DNA of 64,000 nt. It comes from a virus. Below are positions 20,158-28,836 of this stretch, in pieces. The stretch's first letter is position 1, and each line of letters opens with the position of its first letter. The DNA lies in IMG/VR virus record IMGVR_UViG_3300009509_000706, positions 3,466-67,465 of that record; one strand, given 5' to 3'. A program made the translations under genes and the position numbers. Below the pieces are notes generated by a model. It was not told where the DNA came from. It saw nothing but the letters and a program-made list of their open reading frames with translations, and did no database searches.

Positions 20158-21956
20158 GAAACAAAGAAGATACCCTACTTGAAATTATCAGGATAACGAA
20201 AGAACATGAGCGGTCACGTGTTTATATCGGCGTAGAAGTGACGCGCAATTCTGGCAGTGCGACCGTGCCACCTGTTGGATACGTCGATGTCAAGATAGAT
20301 GGTATTGGAACATTGGCCCGCTATTTCGGCGCTGAACCAGCAATCGGTGATTATGTAGAAGTAATGATGGTAGAACGATCAACGCCAGTTATCATAACCA
20401 ATCATTCTAGCGGCTTGAGTCGAGGTTGGCCTTTTGACAATACTGTCAAGACCGATCCGACGAATCCGGCAGCAGATACTACGACTGTCGCGGGGGCCAT
20501 TGCGCTTGCTGCTGCGGGTGATAATATCATTTTCGGGCCAGCAACTTATACTAGCGACGGCCAGACATTGCCCGATGATACGGCAGCCTCATCTGTCTCA
20601 CAAGACAAACAAGATACCGTCTTACAGACGACAACTAATCAAAGTTGTATAATTATTGGAACCAACAGAACAAATCTGATAAGTCATTTAACTATAAAAA
20701 ATACTTATACCGCCGATACTAGCACTATTAGGGCCATTACGACTGGTGCTAATTCTATTCTTGATTTGCGGGATTGTTATCTCTATGCTTACAATGCCAG
20801 TGTGACAAATGCCTATGCGCGAGCATTATATGCATCTGGTATAGTATATGCTACTGATTGCAAGTTTGAAGCTAATTGTGGCTATAGTAATATTACAGTA
20901 GCAGCTTTCGCTGATAATGGCGGAATTATTTATCTTGATGCAGGTTGTATCTGTGATGGATTGGACTATGATGTTTATGCAGTGGCAGGTGGTACAATCA
21001 GATTAAATGGCTGTGTGCTCGTAAACGGCACGATAGGTGGCGCGGGAACGATCACGGGTTGGTGGCGGGATACGAGTGGTAATCTGCACGCCTCGACGAC
21101 CGGGGGCGGGAACATAGATTTAGAGGGAACTGGAAATATCATCTTCGATGCCGATGCTGATACCTATGATACAGAAACAGCAGACGATGAAATAACACGC
21201 TATATCGGCGGTAATGCGCGGATGCAATACGATGACGAGGGAATCAAATCGCTTAGTAGGATATTTGAAGGCGTCTGGTATGACTATCCTTTATCAGATA
21301 CGACAGAAGGTGATCACTTTCGAGAATATTCTGCAACTTATCCAACTGGTTGGACAGAAGTAGATGCACCAGCAGCTACGAACACTAATAATCTCTATTC
21401 TTTTTGGTTCATTCGTGGTACGAGTGCCGAGGTCAGTTGGGATTATCGTTTACAAACAGGTATTACTATAGAGAGCCTCGCAGCAAGTGCCTGGGCTTCA
21501 TTTCTATTTGGGCCTTTTCTATTTCGCGATGGTGGATATACCGCTGACATTGATTATTACTTTTCTATACATGGTGAAACAGCCGCCGCCTTTGATGCGA
21601 GCAAATATGTTCGTGTTCATTTACAATGGTCTAGTGCTGGATCGGTATGGCGTGTTCAGGGGGAATCTGATGCCAACGACGGGGGAGGGCAAACTGCTTC
21701 TGGTTGGACTAACTTAACTGCCGGCCCAATTGTTCAACCGCTTTATTTTAGGATTGCGATTCAGAATAATGCAAATAAAACGACACGCGAATATTGGGGA
21801 GCACAATATTTACCAGCTTTTCATTCGCTAATACAACAGGTAGATGAAACGACAACCTGGGGGCAAGTATGGTGGAGGGTACATCAAAGTCGTGGGGCTG
21901 GAATTGACGATTATTGGTCTTTAGGAGCGGTAGATTATCTTGCTGGAAGTCCATAA
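20154..21956 (+). CDS. Tail fibre / receptor-binding protein with a beta-helix-like segment
   Basis: Last tail gene; TVAGAIALAAAGDNIIFGPATY pectin-lyase-like cap. Confidence 0.65.
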   Translation: MRNKEDTLLEIIRITKEHERSRVYIGVEVTRNSGSATVPPVGYVDVKIDGIGTLARYFGAEPAIGDYVEVMMVERSTPVIITNHSSGLSRGWPFDNTVKTDPTNPAADTTTVAGAIALAAAGDNIIFGPATYTSDGQTLPDDTAASSVSQDKQDTVLQTTTNQSCIIIGTNRTNLISHLTIKNTYTADTSTIRAITTGANSILDLRDCYLYAYNASVTNAYARALYASGIVYATDCKFEANCGYSNITVAAFADNGGIIYLDAGCICDGLDYDVYAVAGGTIRLNGCVLVNGTIGGAGTITGWWRDTSGNLHASTTGGGNIDLEGTGNIIFDADADTYDTETADDEITRYIGGNARMQYDDEGIKSLSRIFEGVWYDYPLSDTTEGDHFREYSATYPTGWTEVDAPAATNTNNLYSFWFIRGTSAEVSWDYRLQTGITIESLAASAWASFLFGPFLFRDGGYTADIDYYFSIHGETAAAFDASKYVRVHLQWSSAGSVWRVQGESDANDGGGQTASGWTNLTAGPIVQPLYFRIAIQNNANKTTREYWGAQYLPAFHSLIQQVDETTTWGQVWWRVHQSRGAGIDDYWSLGAVDYLAGSP

Positions 21957-22025
21957 ACTCAAGTCAGGATATACCAGACTTTAGCAGCCAACAGGTGGGG
22001 ATATTAGAGAAAGGCATTAAAACAC

Positions 22026-22403
22026 ATGGTTGACACGTTGCTAGACGCTGAACGCCTACGGGCACAGGTAGAAATTGAGATTACGAAGCAGGCACTAGAG
22101 CTTTTCAAAAGTCTGCGGCAAGAATACTCCGATATGAACGAGCGCCTACAAAGGCGCGTTGATGAGCTTGAAAAACAGCGAGCCGATAGTATCAAGCGCC
22201 TTGACGATCTCTCGATTTCATTAAAGGCCGCGCAGAAAAAAGAGAAAGATTATCAGAGCACAATCGCCAGGTTGACTAGAGAGGTAGAGGATTTGCGCCG
22301 AGAGATTATTTCATTGCGCAATGAAAATGTAGCCCTGAGCCGTTTGGTAGAGGAACTGCGCAACGAGATAGATGGTTTCCGGGCGGATATGCGCGGGGAT
22401 TGA
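22026..22403 (+). CDS. Coiled-coil protein in the lysis region
   Basis: Heptad pattern over about 100 aa. Confidence 0.55.
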   Translation: MVDTLLDAERLRAQVEIEITKQALELFKSLRQEYSDMNERLQRRVDELEKQRADSIKRLDDLSISLKAAQKKEKDYQSTIARLTREVEDLRREIISLRNENVALSRLVEELRNEIDGFRADMRGD

Positions 22404-22546
22404 AATTTAATGCAAGATATGATATAATGAGTATAGGTATTTCTCCAGGCGTTCTGTAAAGCAGACTTTGGCAATTGGTATATCTGCTGGGGATGCTTGG
22501 CAGGTTTCACAAAACTTATATTAAAAGAAAGGTAAAAGGTGTTAGA

Positions 22547-22816
22547 ATGGAATACATGATCGGTACAATAGCAGTAAGCGCCCTGATTTTCGCTATCGTC
22601 GAATTTGCCAAAGCGAAACTCGGAATCAAGGACGGGGCCGTCGTTACTCTCGTGGCTATTCTTGGCGTGCTATTCACGGGGGTTTCAATATCAATCACTC
22701 AGGGTTACATCCCGCCCGACGTTGCTATCTGGATCGCTGGTATTGTTGAGTTTTTGGCTTCTATCCTCGGAGCGATGGGATTCTATAGTTATTTGAAGCG
22801 AAAGAATATCTATTGA
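22547..22816 (+). CDS. Putative holin
   Basis: 89 aa, 2-3 TM helices, IVEFAK..G motif, basic C-terminus, end of late operon. Confidence 0.7.
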   Translation: MEYMIGTIAVSALIFAIVEFAKAKLGIKDGAVVTLVAILGVLFTGVSISITQGYIPPDVAIWIAGIVEFLASILGAMGFYSYLKRKNIY

Positions 22817-22841
22817 CGCCGCCGTGATTTCATGGTACAAT
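22813..22841 (+). promoter_or_regulatory. Sigma70-type promoter for sRNA-1
   Basis: TTGACG-17-TACAAT with extended TG; the -35 overlaps the holin stop codon. Confidence 0.75.
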
Positions 22842-22847
22842 ATAACT

Positions 22848-22959
22848 GGTAAGCATTTAGTCCGTTGCGTGGGGACAAGCCCCACGCTACAAGACGGGCG
22901 CTATTTCTCCTTTCGCAGACGGCCCTGGTAAAAGGTGACACCAGGGCCGTTCTGTTTTT
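22848..22959 (+). ncRNA. Candidate sRNA-1 (hairpin, anti-SD tract, terminator)
   Basis: Own promoter; GCGTGGGG/CCCCACGC hairpin; CTATTTCTCCTTTC tract; 12-bp terminator stem plus T run. Confidence 0.6.
22918..22959 (+). terminator. Intrinsic terminator
   Basis: GACGGCCCTGGT...ACCAGGGCCGTT followed by CTGTTTTT. Confidence 0.8.
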
Positions 22960-23061
22960 ATAGTGATTTCAGGGCCAATCTTGCCAAAGTCTGCATATTC
23001 TAACTTTTCGGTTAAGAAAGGTTAGAATTTTGTTTTATAAGGCAATATACTATAACTTCGC

Positions 23062-23090
23062 TTGACAATGCGGGGGCATTGTGGTATACT
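23062..23090 (+). promoter_or_regulatory. Sigma70-type promoter
   Basis: TTGACA-17-TATACT with TG extension. Confidence 0.8.
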
Positions 23091-23123
23091 GTAACTATGT
23101 TGGAATGAAGGGAGAAATAGACA

Positions 23124-23621
23124 ATGAAACGCTTGTTTGACCCAAATTGTCAAGAGGTTAATAACGCACCTGCAAAACTCCGAGACAGGGCTATAAAAGA
23201 GGGGTTGAAACTTCTACAGATTGTCTGGGATAAAGAAGGTGGATACCTAGAGCATACCTGGGGATTTGAGCAATGGTCAATACGTCCTTACCGTTTGGGC
23301 TATGGGTGCGATGGTACTACAGACGAAAATATACACCTCATAGCCTGGAAAATCTGCGAACAGATCGGGATAGATTATCTCGCCTTGTATCTTGAGGCAT
23401 ATAACGATGACCTGCTTAACTTTGACGAATGGGATACAATAGCTCAGGAAACAGATATGCCAAAGCTTGGCGCACAATCAGATTTGGTGCTGCGCGGGAT
23501 ATTACATGACCTTAACGAAATAAACTGTAGAACGGTTGGGGATTCATTGCAAGATGAATTAGAACGACTTGGCTATAATGTTGATCAATGGTGGAATTAT
23601 AGAGAGGAGAAACTAACATGA
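23124..23621 (+). CDS. Hypothetical protein
   Basis: Strong RBS GAAGGGAG and own promoter. Confidence 0.7.
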   Translation: MKRLFDPNCQEVNNAPAKLRDRAIKEGLKLLQIVWDKEGGYLEHTWGFEQWSIRPYRLGYGCDGTTDENIHLIAWKICEQIGIDYLALYLEAYNDDLLNFDEWDTIAQETDMPKLGAQSDLVLRGILHDLNEINCRTVGDSLQDELERLGYNVDQWWNYREEKLT

Positions 23622-23779
23622 TTGAATTGATAAGTTTTGAAATATGGTACGAAGATGGAAAACTTGTAATCTGCGAACGCTATACTGGTAAACGAATAGT
23701 CTTTGATACGCTTGCCGAAGTAATAGCCTTTATTGAGGCAGAATTGCACGAAGTTCTAGGGGAGGATGACGATGGCTAG
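23618..23779 (+). CDS. Small hypothetical protein (53 aa, not in the ORF track)
   Basis: GAGGAG RBS, ATGA overlap, MIELISFEIWYEDGKL... Confidence 0.55.
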   Translation: MIELISFEIWYEDGKLVICERYTGKRIVFDTLAEVIAFIEAELHEVLGEDDDG

Positions 23780-24026
23780 GCCATTCGGAGAATACCCACA
23801 GCAGCACTTGCGGATTGCCGCAGAAAAGCAAGAGCTTTGCCAAGTCCTTGAAGCAGTGCCAGATACCAGGCGGCGGACAATCGTGCTGCTAACACTGCCA
23901 GCAGTAATTGACGTATTGGTTGCAATTGAGCAACTTGCACAAGGGCAAACCGCTGCGGACTGCCGAGAGATCGCGTCGCTTGCTCATGATGCATTGATGG
24001 TATTGAGGGGGAAACCGCAAAAGTGA
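23766..24026 (+). CDS. Hypothetical protein
   Basis: GGAGG RBS, coupled. Confidence 0.55.
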   Translation: MTMARPFGEYPQQHLRIAAEKQELCQVLEAVPDTRRRTIVLLTLPAVIDVLVAIEQLAQGQTAADCREIASLAHDALMVLRGKPQK

Positions 24027-24292
24027 AACTCTACCACGTAACGACAGAGAAAAAGGCACGTCTCTATAGACAATGCGGCCATATCAAGAAGCCTGTACGC
24101 GGATTCACAACGTTGCAAGCAGCAATGGCATGGGCTATCAAAGTCGGGCGCAAAGTGATATATGAGGTTGAAGCGCCAGACGAGGATTGCCACAAACTTC
24201 CCGACCATCACAACCAATGGGACGACGCATGGTGGATTGACGCCGATGTTACTCAACTCAAGTGCGTTTTTTCTGCCGAAAAAGATGCTTGA
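24023..24292 (+). CDS. Small protein with LYHVT N-terminus (possible ADP-ribosyltransferase-like fold)
   Basis: MKLYHVTT...GHI pattern; fold is inference. Confidence 0.45.
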   Translation: MKLYHVTTEKKARLYRQCGHIKKPVRGFTTLQAAMAWAIKVGRKVIYEVEAPDEDCHKLPDHHNQWDDAWWIDADVTQLKCVFSAEKDA

Positions 24293-24406
24293 CCGACAAG
24301 AGATATTTGAAAAAGGCCGCTAGAGAGGATTGGCAGCCTTTTCATTTTCCTGCTACTACAAAAGGTTAGAAATAGTTAGAATGTCGCACAACAGTTACAC
24401 AATCAC

Positions 24407-24518
24407 TTGACGGCAGACTGTTTTGCCTTTAAAATGGTAGTATGAACATCATAGTCATCATGATAGCATATCGGGGACGGGGCGGGCAAGGCGCGTAATA
24501 TGCGCCTGTCCGCCTTTT
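24407..24518 (+). promoter_or_regulatory. Promoter with attenuator-like leader
   Basis: TTGACG-17-TAAAAT; 18-codon uORF at 24442-24498; GC hairpin at 24481-24514 plus TTTT. Confidence 0.6.
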
Positions 24519-24542
24519 CATAATACACATAAGGCAAACATC

Positions 24543-25403
24543 ATGGCAGGGTATTTTACAGTTGACGTAAGCGATGCGCATGTTGGGTGCAGGCGCGGGC
24601 TATGTCCACCTTCTGTAATGTTAGATGGTGGCGATGAATATCAGCCCAGTAAGATTCAGCGAGCACTATGGGATTCCTGGCTTGACTTCTGGGAAACTAT
24701 GGCGAAGCTGGCTAAGGCAAAGCGGGCGAAATCTGCTAATATTGTCTTTGGCGGCGACATGGTAGACAAAAATGTTCACAAGGCTGGGGCGACTTGGACG
24801 CGCAATCCTAAAGACTTGAAAGAAGCCGCCTCACAAGTTGCTGAAGTACCATTTAGAGCTTTCAAAAAGCACGCGCCAAAGATTGCTACTTTTGTCTTTG
24901 TCGTGCGTGGTACTGAAGCACACGTTGGACGTGATGCGCATATCGAGGAATGGCTTGCCGAAGATATAGGGGCTGTGAGATCAACCGAGGGAACGAATAC
25001 AGCATCTTGGTGGGTACTTGATATAGAAAATAGCGGCGGATTATGGTTAAATTTTCAACACCATCCAGAGGCAGCTAGCCTTAGAGAAAATACTGTCGGA
25101 AACGCTGCCAGAACTTGTGCAAACGAGATTTTTCTATCGTATACTAGATATGGCGAGAAACCCCCTGATATAGCCATTCGACATCATTTGCATCGTTTTC
25201 AAGACTCAGGCCGCAACCTGCCAGTCCATTGTCTTTTTAATTGGGGCTGGCAACATAAGACGACGTATGTCCAACGGCGCGGCGGGGGTACTAAGATAAC
25301 TCCTGTCGGTGGCTTGTGGCTTCTCTGTGAGGATGGTAATTATATATGGGACGAATTGCACTATATACCGAGCGCGAGCGAGAGATGGCAACAAAAAGGA
25401 TGA
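24543..25403 (+). CDS. Calcineurin-like metallophosphoesterase
   Basis: SDAHVG, GGDMVD, RGTEAH, QHH, HHLH. Confidence 0.8.
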   Translation: MAGYFTVDVSDAHVGCRRGLCPPSVMLDGGDEYQPSKIQRALWDSWLDFWETMAKLAKAKRAKSANIVFGGDMVDKNVHKAGATWTRNPKDLKEAASQVAEVPFRAFKKHAPKIATFVFVVRGTEAHVGRDAHIEEWLAEDIGAVRSTEGTNTASWWVLDIENSGGLWLNFQHHPEAASLRENTVGNAARTCANEIFLSYTRYGEKPPDIAIRHHLHRFQDSGRNLPVHCLFNWGWQHKTTYVQRRGGGTKITPVGGLWLLCEDGNYIWDELHYIPSASERWQQKG

Positions 25404-25666
25404 GAATAACTGAGGCCGAAGTATTTGCCGAAATCGCAGCACTGTTATCGGCTGGCAAAGAGCGGGAACTTGGAACATTTACCACAGCAGAGCTTGCAGA
25501 ATATTTAGGCTGCTGTGCACCAACGGCACTGGTCAGAATCAAAAAACTTCTGGCCGCTGGAATAATTGAGAATGCACGTATACCTATTACCGATCTAGTA
25601 GGTAGGCAAACAACGACATTTGGATTCAAGTACATCGGCAAGTCAGAGCCGCCTATTGACGACTAG
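25385..25666 (+). CDS. Winged-helix DNA-binding protein
   Basis: FTTAELAEYLGC...IKKLLAAGII. Confidence 0.7.
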   Translation: MATKRMRITEAEVFAEIAALLSAGKERELGTFTTAELAEYLGCCAPTALVRIKKLLAAGIIENARIPITDLVGRQTTTFGFKYIGKSEPPIDD

Positions 25667-25684
25667 GCTATAATATGCTATAAT
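25656..25684 (+). promoter_or_regulatory. Sigma70-type promoter for sRNA-2
   Basis: TTGACG-17-TATAAT with TG; the -35 lies in the last codons of the upstream gene. Confidence 0.8.
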
Positions 25685-25689
25685 GAGAT

Positions 25690-25756
25690 CGTAGACCTTT
25701 CCCTCTCTTTCGCTTGGCGCTGGTAGCACTATCCCGCTACCAGCGCCTTTTGTTTT
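25690..25756 (+). ncRNA. Candidate sRNA-2 (anti-SD tract plus terminator)
   Basis: TTTCCCTCTCTT tract, then a perfect 12-bp stem GGCGCTGGTAGC/GCTACCAGCGCC and a T run. Confidence 0.6.
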
Positions 25757-25769
25757 GTGAAATTGGGGC

Positions 25770-25798
25770 TTGACAAATTCTGCATTTGGGTGTATAAT
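25770..25798 (+). promoter_or_regulatory. Consensus sigma70 promoter
   Basis: TTGACA-17-TATAAT; near copy of the minus-strand promoter at 44249-44277. Confidence 0.85.
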
Positions 25799-25833
25799 AG
25801 GTTATAATATATACAAGAGAGGGAAATAACAAA

Positions 25834-25977
25834 ATGAGTGACTTTGATGAATGGTTCGCACAAAAATACGAGGGTAAACTGGGGCCTCCGCCTATTGAAT
25901 TGTCATTTCGCGAAGTCGCAAAAATGCCTGGGATGCTGCTAGGCAATTATCTATTGGTAGGGGCATTAGCGAAATAA
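25834..25977 (+). CDS. Small hypothetical protein, possibly frameshifted
   Basis: RBS AAGAGAGGGAAA; MSDFDEWFAQKY... Confidence 0.5.
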   Translation: MSDFDEWFAQKYEGKLGPPPIELSFREVAKMPGMLLGNYLLVGALAK

Positions 25978-25980
25978 AGG

Positions 25981-26208
25981 ATGATTTGGTTGATGATTCT
26001 GCCAGTATACCTTAGCGAAAAAAAACACGCCGACATTATTTGCCGCTTGGAAACTGAGGCAAACAAATCGGCGGTGGTACAGGTAGCACTCACTAGCTAC
26101 TATGCAAAGCAAGATGCAAGTGATGATTTGCTCTTGCAACTTGCCGCGCAAGTCGCCAAGCTAGATGCTGATGTTGTGCGGTTGTGTGAGTTGCTTGAAG
26201 GTGGTTAG
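25981..26208 (+). CDS. Ribbon-helix-helix-like protein (ParR-like paralogue)
   Basis: PVYLS..KHADII.RLE...NKSAVVQVAL..YY plus coiled coil; resembles 28132-28410. Confidence 0.45.
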   Translation: MIWLMILPVYLSEKKHADIICRLETEANKSAVVQVALTSYYAKQDASDDLLLQLAAQVAKLDADVVRLCELLEGG

Positions 26209-26211
26209 AGC

Positions 26212-26433
26212 ATGACTAGAAAAACAATCACGGGCAGGCCGCTCCAAGAGCTTGCCGAACCGATCACGATTCCGCTGAGTACCAAAGTCCCCGATAAGTG
26301 GGTATTAGTTGATACTGAGACTGGTGACGTTTGGGTATTTGACAATACTCTATGGCCCAGCGGACATTTTCGGCGGGCGAATGAGACAGAATGTCAAGAG
26401 GCGTTAGAGGTATTGCAGAGAGGAGAAACGTAA
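26212..26433 (+). CDS. Hypothetical protein
   Basis: Coupled ORF, TKVPDKWVLVDTETG. Confidence 0.6.
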   Translation: MTRKTITGRPLQELAEPITIPLSTKVPDKWVLVDTETGDVWVFDNTLWPSGHFRRANETECQEALEVLQRGET

Positions 26434-26676
26434 TGGCGTGGCTTGACAAAATCAAAGAGTATATTGCACATCTTGCAATCAAATCGTATTAGAGCTTGAT
26501 TGGGATGGTAGTTGTCCTAATTGTGACTGTGACAGCAATCTTGGGCCTCATTTGCCGACCATTGGGGAAATATTACAACAGGGCGAAGATGTTTTCTATC
26601 CCGACATGAATCTAGGGCCGTTCTTGAATACGCTATTTGGCACAATAACTGAGATTTTGAAAGGAGAAAAAGCATA

Positions 26677-26847
26677 ATGCAAATTAAAATTTCACGCGAG
26701 TTTATTATCGGCCTTATTATTGGCGGCCTCATTGGGGTAAGTTATTGCAAATCAAGCTGGCCGATATTCCCGTTATTCATAGCTAACCTAATTCTTACTA
26801 CTGTATGTCATTCCTATATTGTGCGGTATTGGTTGCCATCAAGGTAA
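26677..26847 (+). CDS. Small membrane protein (56 aa, not in the ORF track)
   Basis: GAAAGGAG RBS; two hydrophobic stretches. Confidence 0.5.
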   Translation: MQIKISREFIIGLIIGGLIGVSYCKSSWPIFPLFIANLILTTVCHSYIVRYWLPSR

Positions 26848-26867
26848 CAGGAAAGGATAGGTTGAAC

Positions 26868-27128
26868 ATGGCAAAGGTACAAATTAAGATCGCCCTAGCG
26901 ATTGATTCAGAAGGCAATTGGGGAGCCAGCGGTTGGGGCAATCTCAAGGAATGTGCTAAAGATGAGGCGATGGCCGTTGCGCTGGAATGTCTGGACGAAT
27001 GGCCGGATACCGACGCGCGTTACTGGATTATACTTGAAAAAGAAGTGCCAGAAATTGAGACAAAAACAATCGGCGCTGACCAGGTTGTTATTGAGGTAGA
27101 GCGCAGAGCTATAGAAGGGAGAAACTGA
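26868..27128 (+). CDS. Hypothetical protein
   Basis: GGAAAGGA RBS. Confidence 0.6.
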   Translation: MAKVQIKIALAIDSEGNWGASGWGNLKECAKDEAMAVALECLDEWPDTDARYWIILEKEVPEIETKTIGADQVVIEVERRAIEGRN

Positions 27129-27130
27129 AA

Positions 27131-28108
27131 ATGAACATCGGACTTGACGTAGGTTATTCAGCGACGAAAGCAGTCTCAGGGGAACGACGGGTAAATCTGC
27201 CGTCTATCGTCGGCACGCCAGACCGGGCGCGGTTTTCTATGGACGGTACAGATAATATGATTCTGGCTATGCCAGACGGCAAGGCTTTTCAGGTGGGGCA
27301 AGCCGCCATTCTACAGAGCCGCTTTGTTGACCGGCAAGAGGATCGGGGATGGATCGAGAGCGCGGCCTACCATGCCTTGATGCTGGCCGCACTCACAGAA
27401 TTGACACCAGCGACGGTTGATGCCGTTGTCGTCTCTGGCCTGCCGGTAGCCTTCTACGGCGACAAGGACGTACTGCGGAATCGTCTGCTGGGCGAGCACC
27501 GTGTAACCCGTGAGGGACGACGCGCGCAGCTTTTCCGCGTCACCGAGGCGCGTGTCATCCCCCAGCCCTTCGGCACGCTCTTGGCGGCGGCGCTGGACAA
27601 TAGCGGGCGCATCGCAGACCAGACACTTGCCGCTGGCTCCGTAGGCGTAATTGATTGCGGGGGTAAAACCACCAATTTGCTCTCTGTCCACCGACTGGCC
27701 GAAATCAGCCACAAGACGGCCAGCGTCAATCTGGGGGCCTGGGATGTGGCGCGGGCGGTTGGCAATTGGCTGGCCGACAACTGTCCGAATCTCGACTTGC
27801 GAGACCACCAATTGATGGACGCTATCATTGCTCGTGAAGTCACTTACTATGGCGAGTCGGTTGACCTGAGCGAAATCGTTTCCGAGACATTGCAACCTAT
27901 GGCCGACCAGGTTATTGCTCAGGCGGGCCAGTTGTGGAATGGGGCGGCTGGGCTGGCAGCTATTCTCGTGACTGGTGGCGGGGCGCTCATGTTGGGACCT
28001 AGCATCAAGGCCCACTTCCGGCACGCCAGAGTAGTTGACGATCCAGTATTCGCTAATGCACTGGGCTACTGGAAGTTTGCGCAGCGCCTCTCTAATAATC
28101 AATCATAA
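27131..28108 (+). CDS. parM: ParM/StbA-family actin-like ATPase
   Basis: GLDVGYSATK, VSGLP, IPQPFG, VIDCGGKTTN, VTGGGA, FANALGY. Confidence 0.92.
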   Translation: MNIGLDVGYSATKAVSGERRVNLPSIVGTPDRARFSMDGTDNMILAMPDGKAFQVGQAAILQSRFVDRQEDRGWIESAAYHALMLAALTELTPATVDAVVVSGLPVAFYGDKDVLRNRLLGEHRVTREGRRAQLFRVTEARVIPQPFGTLLAAALDNSGRIADQTLAAGSVGVIDCGGKTTNLLSVHRLAEISHKTASVNLGAWDVARAVGNWLADNCPNLDLRDHQLMDAIIAREVTYYGESVDLSEIVSETLQPMADQVIAQAGQLWNGAAGLAAILVTGGGALMLGPSIKAHFRHARVVDDPVFANALGYWKFAQRLSNNQS

Positions 28109-28131
28109 ATAGCCACTAATAAAGGCTCACT

Positions 28132-28410
28132 ATGGCGACTGTCGTTTACAGTTTTTCGCTGGATAACCAAGAGGATAAAGACTTAATGCGCTGGCTCGAT
28201 AATTTGCCAAAGCGCGAGCGGTCGGGCGAGATACGCAAGGCATTACAGGCATGGCGCAATGGTAGTGACGTGACTCTGTTAGACCTTTATCAGGCTATCG
28301 AGGCGCTTGAGCGGAAAATAGGCAGTGGTGTTGTTTTGGTACAAACTGAGCAAGTGGCAGCCGTAGAGCCGCCAGATATTGCGGCAAACTTAGACGGGCT
28401 AGGGCTATAA
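28132..28410 (+). CDS. ParR-like RHH adaptor
   Basis: Directly after parM; YSFSLD..EDKDLMRWL...RSGEIRKAL, acidic C-terminal tail. Confidence 0.7.
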   Translation: MATVVYSFSLDNQEDKDLMRWLDNLPKRERSGEIRKALQAWRNGSDVTLLDLYQAIEALERKIGSGVVLVQTEQVAAVEPPDIAANLDGLGL

Positions 28411-28591
28411 TGTACTGCATGGTATGCTGCCAACGTATTTCATGGCGTGACTTGATTGCTGGCCGCGTCAAGCTGGCCTCAAACTGCCAATGTATCTATC
28501 ACGAACAGCACGTCACAAACACGCTATTGTTTAGTGGTGAGTTTTTAGCGGCGTTTTGTGGCAAGATAGAAAGGAATTAGAGGAGGATAAA

Positions 28592-28816
28592 ATGTTAGAC
28601 TTTTTACTAGATTTGTTTTTCGGCAGTAATCGTGGCGAAGATATTGAAGGCCATTACTGTCAGGGTTGTGACACTCATTATGGCGGGACTAACAGTTTCA
28701 TATATAACCATAAACCAGATTGCTCCTCAGAAAGGACAGAAAAAAAGCGACGCGAGGCAGCAGTCAAAGCCTGGTGTGAAGGCAATGGAGCCAGCCCGCC
28801 CCCTAGCCTATGGTAA
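28592..28816 (+). CDS. Small Cys/His protein
   Basis: GAGGAGG RBS; CQGC...HKPDC. Confidence 0.55.
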   Translation: MLDFLLDLFFGSNRGEDIEGHYCQGCDTHYGGTNSFIYNHKPDCSSERTEKKRREAAVKAWCEGNGASPPPSLW

Positions 28817-28836
28817 ATTCAGAGAGAAGAAAGTAG

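Noticed and set aside
20154-21956. Diversity-generating retroelement target in the tail fibre
   Set aside because: No reverse transcriptase and no template repeat noticed
27311-28102. 263-aa antisense ORF over parM
   Set aside because: Shadow of a GC-rich coding strand, with no motifs or RBS
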